Shown here in pieces: positions 54,677-64,000 of a stretch of 64,000 bases of DNA. Position numbers and translations under genes: made by a program. The DNA is taken from the NCBI RefSeq assembly GCF_009914755.1, contig NC_060947.1; one strand, 5' to 3'. Within the stretch, counting starts at the first letter, position 1. The number at the start of each line of letters is the position of its first letter. The notes under the pieces were generated by a model. It searched no databases. It worked only from the letters and a program-made list of their open reading frames with translations, and was not told where the DNA came from. The stretch comes from the human T2T-CHM13v2.0 reference genome, Homo sapiens.

Positions 54677-54862
54677 AGTGGTTCTCGAAGCATGGTCCTG
54701 GCCCAGCAGCATCACTGGGAAGCTTGTTAGAAACACAGATGTTGGGGGCTCACACCAGACTGGCTGAGTCATACTCTTTGGAGATGGGCTGAGGCCCGGG
54801 GATCTGTGTTTTAAGAAGCCCTCCAGGTGATTCTGACGCCCATTCAAGTTTGAGAATCACTG
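54677..54862. mobile_element. MER5A
   Basis: CAGTGGTTCTCGAAG...TTTGAGAATCACTG terminal inverted repeats. Confidence 0.85.
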
Positions 54863-54997
54863 TTTATTAAGTGTATTATCCCTATTTAACAGATGAAGAA
54901 AATGCAGTTCAGAGGGGGATAAGTAACTCTACCAGGATCAAGCTGCCATCAAGTGGAGTGCCAGGACTCAAACCTGGGTCTTTCATTGGAGGAATTA

Positions 54998-55138
<141 letters not shown>

Positions 55139-55388
55139 GAGAAGCTGTTTTTTCTTTTGATTCTTCCCGTCCATCCATCCATCCTCTTTCAGCCTCGATT
55201 CTCTCTCCTGGGGTTCTCAACTTGGCTGCATATTGACACCAGCTGGGGAGCTTTAAAAAATAATATTGACGCTAGGGCTTCACCCTAGGAAATGGCATCT
55301 GCAGGGGGTGGCTCCAGCATCCGTACTTTTTTCTTCCCTGCTCACAGGCAGCTTCACCCAGGTTCCACTGCCATTTAAAATGTTTCTT

Positions 55389-55896
<508 letters not shown>

Positions 55897-57390
55897 CTAC
55901 CCAGCCTTATCTGAGATTTCTGAATATGTTGTGTCTTTTCGAGGGGTGTTTTGGACTAGAAGAACTTGCATGAATCATTCTTGAATGCCCTTAAGCCATC
56001 AGCCTTGCCCACACAGGGCTGAGTTTCCCAAACGGCCAGTCAGTTCCATTCTAACTAGCCAGCAAAACCAAAATCGTTTTTAAAAGAACGTTATTTTTAA
56101 AGCATTCCAGAATGAATGCTAAGGACCTCTTTCCTCAGGCCTCTTCCCATGTCCATCCAAACATATTCTGCCACAGAAATTGCAGCAGCACCCAAGTCAT
56201 AAGTTAGAGAAGAGTAATTCCCCAGACCCCAATTCAAACAAATTGTGTGAGACCCATAGTGTGGGTAACTCTAGGACTTGAAAAGATTTAGATGTTGACC
56301 TAGGCTGCAGGCTCCCTCCACCCCCTTTAATTTTAAGTTGTGATCAACCTTTGGTCTTTAAAAGCAAAGAGAAAGAAAAGACCACCCTAAAATGATTTTT
56401 TTTTTTTAATGGCAGCGACAGTCTCTACCCTGTTTCCCGCACCTGGTGGGGGACACAGAAACACCTCCGCCCTTCAGGAAACAGCCCACTTGTCAGCAGC
56501 TGGGCTCCCAGGAACAAAGGCCTAGGTTCATTACCACAGTATCGACCCTGACACGTTCCACCCCGGCCACCTCCCCCAGAGTTCCTCAATTCACACCCCA
56601 AATGAAGTGTAATTGGACCTGGACACCTTTGAAGTCCTCTAGCAGATTGCCAGCATTTTGAAATGTCCTTGATTTGCATGGTGAGGACCTGGTTGGAGGT
56701 GACATTTTCCTTCCCCTCATCCCACAGTTTTAAAGACAGAATTATTTTAAATGACATTCTCCAACCAGGAAGAGTTACCATGGAAGAAATAAAAATTCTC
56801 AAAGCCAAAAAAAAAAAAAAGAAAAGGAAAAATGTCCGATGATTTGATTAATTTCTAATTCACACTTTGGTCCAGTCCTGTATCTAAGGGTGCCACATAG
56901 GGAAGCCATGGTTTCCTCCCCAACTTCTCCCCAGGTCTCCAAGCTGGGGGATGACAAAGACCCTGGAGACTTGGCTAGGAGATTCTGACGGCCAGCAGGC
57001 CACTTATCAGACCTGAAATCAGAAAACAAGCGCAGCTGCAGGCCCTTGGGTTGGTGAGGGAGGCGGTGTGTTGATTGCAGACCATCTATCTTCCTTCCCA
57101 GCTGAGCCAGGGCTGCTCTGCGGAAATCACGTGCACTCCCAGAAATAAGCATGCCTGTGTGCACCATGAGTCTAAAGCTTGATGGTTTCCTGCAAGCCAG
57201 AGGAGGAAGGGCCTGCCTGGTGGAGTCATGCCTGCAGACACGTGTCGAGCCTAGGAGGGGCCAGCTTGGCAGTCCATTTTGCTCTGGGAAGCGGCCAGCA
57301 CCCAGTTTGCAGCCGCCCCCCAACTTGTCTGCGGAGAGCTTCCTTGGGGGCAGCCATCCTCTGAAGCAAATGACCCACTTTCCCCCAGAG

Positions 57391-57585
57391 CAGCGCTGTC
57401 CGACAGAACCCTCTGTGAGCATGGAAAGGTTTTCTATCTGTGCTGTCCAACAGGGGAGCCACCAGCCACATGTGGTTACTGAGCACTTGAGATGTGGCTG
57501 GTGTGACTGAGGAAGTGAATTTTATATTTTCTTTGACTTTAATTGAAGTAGCCACATGTGGCTAGTGGGCAAGTGGGACGGCACA
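57391..57585. mobile_element. MER3 (hAT-Charlie)
   Basis: CAGCGCTGTCCGACAGAAC...GCCACATGTGG...GAGCACTTGAGATGTGGCT. Confidence 0.85.
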
Positions 57586-57616
57586 AAGACAGATGAACAA
57601 ATAAAACCCATAAGAA

Positions 57617-58810
<1,194 letters not shown>

Positions 58811-58811
58811 A

Positions 58812-59310
58812 ATAACAAATTACCCCAAAACTTTGTGACTTAAAACAATAAACATTTATTATCTCATAGTTTCTGAGAGTTAGGAATTTGAGAGTGGCTT
58901 AGCTGGGTGGTCCTGGCTTGGGGTGTCTCATGAGGTTGCAGCCAGGGTGTTGGCCGGCACTTCCAACAGTCATCTGAAAGCTTTCCTGGGGCTGAAGTAT
59001 ACCCACTTTCAAGGTGGCTCGCTCACATAGATGGTGCAATGTTGTTGGCTGTTGGCAGGAGGGCTCGGTTTCTTGCCATGTGGGCCTGTCCAATGGGACT
59101 GCTTGAGTGCCCTTATGGCATGGTAGCTGGCTTCCCTGAGAGCAAGTGACTCAAAAGAGAGCCAGACTGAGCCCACAATGTCTTTTATCACCTAACCTTG
59201 AAGTCTCAGTTTATCATTTATACACTATCTTATTGGTTATATAGCTTGGCCTCATTTAATGTGGGAGGTGACTGCACAATGAGTTAATATCAGGGGGTGA
59301 GAATCCCAGG
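58812..59310 (-). mobile_element. MLT1F-like LTR
   Basis: ATAACAAATTACCCCAAAAC...TTAAAACAATAAACATTTATTATCTCA. Confidence 0.78.
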
Positions 59311-59479
59311 GAGAAGGAATAATGTGGTTTCAGTTCTCAGTGGTAAGTGGGGATAGTAGTATAAGGGGGATGGAGGTTTCTGGTTTTCAGAGCTGAGAAG
59401 CAGTGGTGGCGAATCTGAACGTGTAGGTTGCGGGGACCCACTGACTGACCCAACCTTCCACCCACTTCTTATGGTATAT

Positions 59480-60080
59480 TGTTCCAGTTATTGTTGCTAC
59501 ATAACAAGTTACTCCAAAATTTAGTGACTTCAAACAAACATTTCATTATGCTTATGGACTCTCTGGGTCAGGAATTTGTGCAGGGCACAATAGGGGATGG
59601 CTTGACTGTGCCCTGCGATATCTGAGGGCTCAGCTGGAAAGACTCAAAGATCAGAGATGATGTGATGCTTAGGAGCTGGGGTCATCTGAAGGTTCCAGCA
59701 TTTACATGTCTGGTGCCTGGACTAGGAGGACTCAAACACTTGGACTGTGGATTGAAGAGTTTTCAGGTGACCTCTCCATGTAGCTTGGGCTTCCTCACAG
59801 CATGGCAGCCTTAGCATAGTGGGACTTCTTACATGGCAACTCAGGGCTTCAAGTGTGATTGTTCCAAGAAACGCAGCGGAAGCTGCATGGGCTCTTATGA
59901 CCCAGTCTTGGGAACTTCCATGGTGTTGATTGAACGAGTCACAAGCCTGCCTGGATTCAAGGGAATGGGACACAGACCTCATTTCTCAATGTCAGTGGAG
60001 AATGTCAATGTCACATTGTTAAAGAGCACATGAGGTGGATGATATTGTTGCAGCCCTTCTTGGGAAATACAGTCTGCCAT
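59480..60080 (-). mobile_element. MLT1G/H-like LTR
   Basis: TGTTCCAGTTATTGTTGCTACATAACAAG...GGAAATACAGTCTGCCA. Confidence 0.7.
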
Positions 60081-60214
60081 GCATGACAATTTCCTAAAGC
60101 TTTTGTCTTTGATGGGTGGGAGCAGTGGGGGTGGGAGGAATTAGGGCCCAGGGCATCCTACAGAGCTATCTTTGTTAGACAATGCTTGTTCTGCCCTAAT
60201 CATAGCTTGCTGGC

Positions 60215-60591
60215 TGCAATGGTATAAACATTTGTGTCCCCCTAAAATTCATTTGTTAATACTAATCCCCAGTGCAATAGTATTAAGAAATACTAATACC
60301 AAAGGCCCAGAGGATGGGCCTTTGGGAAATGATCAGTTCATGAGGGCTCTGCCCTCATGGGATTAGTGCCCTTATAAAAGAGGCCCAAGGGAGCTTATTT
60401 GTCCCTTCCACCATGTCCTCACACATAGAAGGTGCCATCTATGACACAGAGGACCCTCACTAGACACTGAATCTGCTGGTGCCTCGATCTTGGACTTTCC
60501 AGCCTCCAGAACTGTGAGCAATAAATTTCTGTTGTTTATAAGCCACCCAGTTTATGGTATTTTTTTATGGCAACCTGAACAGACTAAGACA
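60215..60591 (+). mobile_element. MLT1A0-like LTR
   Basis: GATTAGTGCCCTTATAAAAGAGGCCC...AATAAATTTCTG...GACTAAGACA. Confidence 0.88.
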
Positions 60592-60797
60592 CTGGCCCAA
60601 GCCCAAGCTGACGGGGACACACAAGGAGGAAGAGATGAATCTAGGAAAGGTGGTTCTTCACACAGGCCCATGGGACAGTGTCCCAGAGGATGGTGCCAGA
60701 GAGAGCTCTGCCACTTACTGACTGTGTGGCTTGGACAAGTGGCTTGACACTTGTGTGCCTTACGTCTAAATTGGGAATGATAAGCCCTGTCTCAGGA

Positions 60798-61094
60798 TTT
60801 TTTTTTTTTTTTTGAGGTGGAGTCTCGCTCCATTGCCCAGGCTGGAGTACAGTGGCTCGATCTTGGCTCACTGCAAGCTCCACCTTCCGGGTTCACGCCA
60901 TTCTCCTGCCTCAGCCTCCTGAAGAGCTGGGACTACGGGCACCTGCCACCACGCTCAGCTAATTTTTTATATTTTTAGTAGAAACGGGGTTTCACTGTGT
61001 TAGCCAGGATGGTCTCGATCTCCTGACCTCGTGATCCACCCACCTTGGCCTCCCAAAGTGCTGAGATTACAGGTGTGAGCCACCGTGCCCTGCC
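60798..61094 (-). mobile_element. AluY inserted in a MIR
   Basis: GCAAGCTCC, GTTCACGCCATTC; CAGGAT on both flanks. Confidence 0.95.
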
Positions 61095-61254
61095 AGGATC
61101 TTTGTAAGGAGGAGGTTACGTACAGTGGGTCAAGTTATAGTAGAGTGGCTGGCACAGAGTGGGCATTCAAGGGATGGTAGCTGCCATCATGATATCATGA
61201 TGACTTCCCCACCCCTTATCCAATCAGAGTCCAATGATCTGTGGCATAGTATTA

Positions 61255-61620
61255 GATGTGTCTGGGTAACAAATCACCCCAAAATTTAGTGGCTTAAAAT
61301 AATGAAAGTCTTTTTTAAAACAAACAAACAAACAAACAAAAACAACTGCCCTTGTTCCTGTGACTCAGAATCCAGAGCTTGGCTGGGCAGGGTGGCTTAG
61401 GATCTCTCAAGAGGTTGGCTTCAGAAATTGGCTCGGGTGCAATTCTCTGAAGGCTTAGCTTCAGAGGTGGTTCACTCATGTGGCTGTTGGCTGGGAGCCT
61501 CAGTTCTCTTCACACGGGCCCTCTGCAGGGCTGTGTAAGTGTCCTCTAGGCATGATGGCTGGCATCCCCTAGAGCAGGGCTTCTCCATGATGGCAGAATC
61601 TGCGTCTGTCTTAGTCCTGC
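61255..61620 (-). mobile_element. MLT1F-like LTR
   Basis: GTAACAAATCACCCCAAAATTTAGTGGCTTAAAA...CACTCATGTGGCTGTTGGC. Confidence 0.65.
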
Positions 61621-62193
61621 TAGATCTCCAGAGCTCAGCCTGATGCCTGGCCCAGAGCATTCTGTGAGGTTCCAAAGACTGAGAGCTGCCTTAAGTATTC
61701 TGTCCTAGTTCTTTACATTCTTCTGCAAGGTCTTTTGGTGTCTCTGCCTATGTTGGCAGTGAACTCCGGTTTTAAAGAAGATCCACACACCTCTGATTGG
61801 GAGAACCTTGGGGGAAAGAGAAAATTCAGGCCTGCCAAGTCTCAGGCCCCGCTGCCCCTCCTTGCCAGAGACTTTCCTTCTAGAGCTCAGCCTTGGGCTT
61901 CTGAGTACATTCTAATAGAGTCCACACTCATAGAAACCCAAATAACTGTTCCACAAGGCAGAGGGTTGTGTGGGCCCTACGAGAAAGGAGAGAGCATATA
62001 GGAAGGAGCTCACATCCTGCAAAGGATAGCTGAGGAGCCCAGTGTTCCAGCTGGGCCAAGAAGGACTGGTCAAAGTTGCTGTTCTGGTTAAGTAGCATGT
62101 GCAAAGGCCCTGGGGTGGGCAGATAAGGAACAGGTTCTGGGGCTGCTGAACAGCAGGGATGGGCTGTGAGGATAGGGACAGGTGAGACCGGAA

Positions 62194-62257
62194 CAGCCTC
62201 CAGAACTGTGAGCAATAAATTTCTGTTGTTTATAAGCCACCCAGTTTATGGTATTTT
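62194..62257 (+). repeat. Isolated 64-bp exact copy of 60500-60563
   Basis: CAGCCTCCAGAACTGTGAGCAATAAATTTCTGTTGTTTATAAGCCACCCAGTTTATGGTATTTT at both sites. Confidence 0.93.
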
Positions 62258-62719
62258 AAAGCCGAATCAAAGGACGGTGATAACTGAGGCAGCCACAAGA
62301 AGGAAAATGGGGCTGGGGTGAAGAAAATGAAGCAGAGAGCTGAACCAAAGCCACAGCCCTGAGAAAGCGATGATGTAAGGGAAGGAAAGACGCACCGGGG
62401 AGAGATATTTAGATGTAAATCTGACCAGACTAGATGTCCAGATTAGATTAGAGGGGAGGAGGTGGGACGGGTGGGTGAGTGGTTTTCCCTCTGAATGTTT
62501 AGAGGCAGCTGTGTTTAAGGAGGCTTAAGGTGTTTACTCAGTGTCCTGGGACCAGAAAGAGACTCCAGAAAGCCTGGGGCCCGGCAGAGTTTGGGCCATG
62601 ATGTCATTCACACAGGGAGTCTGGCTGCAGCCTGTCTGGGGTGAGGTCCCCACTGCGGCTTGTCTCCTAGGCAACCGACTCTGCTGAGAAACACGCAGTA
62701 ATGACTCTCTAGATTTGCA

Positions 62720-62900
62720 GGTTACCAAGCAGTTGCACATATATCTTTGTCTCATTTAATTGTCCCAGTGGGAATTATCCCCATTCTACAGATGAAGCCA
62801 CTGAGGCCTCAAGGCTCAGAGAGGTAGGGTATCTTCTCTCAGGCCAAGGAGATGGCAGAGCCAGGCCTGGAACCCAGTGGTCCTAATCCCTAGCCAAGTC
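62720..62900 (-). mobile_element. MIR
   Basis: TCTCATTTAAT...ATTATCCCCATTCTACAGATGAAG..ACTGAGGC...GGCAGAGCCAGG. Confidence 0.75.
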
Positions 62901-64000
62901 TTCTCTCCAACACACTTTCCTGCGTTCTAGTCTCATAGCTCCCTTAAGAGCTATTTCTATTGAATCCAGTTCACAAGTATTTGCAGAGCTCCTCTGTGAG
63001 GTGGGCAGGTGTGGCAGGCTTCAGGTGAAGTTGCAGGCATCTCTGGGTTTTTGGGTGGGGGACCCTGAGAGAAGTGTGTTAAGAGTGTGAGTAGTATGAT
63101 GGGCTGAAAGTGGAGGGGAGGGTCACCAAGATCAGAATCATCAATCAGAAACAGGTCCCTGAAGGCAGACCATCAGGACGACAAGGATCATGGGCAAAGG
63201 CCCATCAAGGCAAGTGTCAAGTTCACAGATAACTTGATAACAGGCCTCTCTGCTATCTCCCTCTTCTGGTGCCAGATGTTCATGAACTTGACCTCACCAT
63301 TCTGGTTTTGTTTTGTTTATTGTCCCCACCGCACTGCAAGGACCTCCCCTCCCCCTACCACGCCCTTCTTTGTCCATTCCCTCTTCCAGGAATAGGTGGC
63401 CAGGGTAGTACCAGGACCCAGAGAGGAGCTATTAATTCCAGCCTCTTATTTCCTTCCTCAGCTCCCTTTGCCTCCGGAACACCTAAGCACTTTCTGTGAC
63501 AAGCTCTCTAAATGATTGGAACTTTCTCCCAAATCAGCACTTTTTCATGCTACATTAGCATTTATTGGTTTGATATTTACATTTGGCAAAGGAGCACCCA
63601 GTCCCTGGGTCCCTGGGAGCACACACCATCAACTGAAACAGACGCTAATTGCCATTCATTGCTCTCCCTTCACCCCCTCAGCCCCGCCCCCATCCGCCAT
63701 CTGCTTTGTCCTCCCCCCACCCCCAGTCCAGTAAAAGAAAGTTCTGAAGGGTTACCTTTACAGACCAAAAGTTCTGCAGGGGCCCTGCAGAGAGGAGAGA
63801 GGTATTCCCTACACAAAAGTCCTGGCAGGACCGATCTGAATTTGCATTGCAATAATGCATGTGTATGATAGCTCTCCTTTGGAGTATAAATTCCTTGAGG
63901 GCAGGAATCTATTTTGGTTCTTTGAATTTTTCCACATTCTCCTCCAAGACCAATGATCAAGCTGTCAGAGGTGTTTGAAGCAGAGCAACTCGACGTTGAA

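Noticed and set aside
56799-57422. 207-aa minus-strand ORF
   Set aside because: Starts inside MER3, ends in a T-run, and shows no recognisable domain.

Overview
This is primate (most likely human) non-coding genomic DNA. About 68 Alu/FLAM copies cover roughly 30% of the window by manual count. It also holds many MaLR/ERVL LTRs, old L1/HAL1/L2/MIR fragments and hAT/mariner DNA-transposon relics. I recognise no protein-coding exon, tRNA, rRNA, snRNA or CRISPR array; nearly all listed ORFs are Alu-, LTR- or microsatellite-derived. I cannot place the locus on a chromosome. Non-repeat features are a CpG island (~50.5-51.4 kb), a small CpG-rich patch with a candidate GT-AG intron (~21.4-21.8 kb), and repeat-free enhancer-like blocks (~27-29 kb, ~55.7-57.3 kb). 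The most unusual direct observations are three perfect, apparently recent duplications within 9 kb: a 55-bp tandem, a 114-bp intra-Alu tandem that makes a three-arm Alu, and a 64-bp LTR segment copied 1.7 kb downstream. There is also a probable Alu-associated deletion scar fusing half a MADE1 to a truncated MaLR, and a possible highly decayed hAT transposase spread over ~7.5-11 kb. I found no convincing novel biological system. Repeat subfamily names and boundaries were assigned by eye and are approximate.
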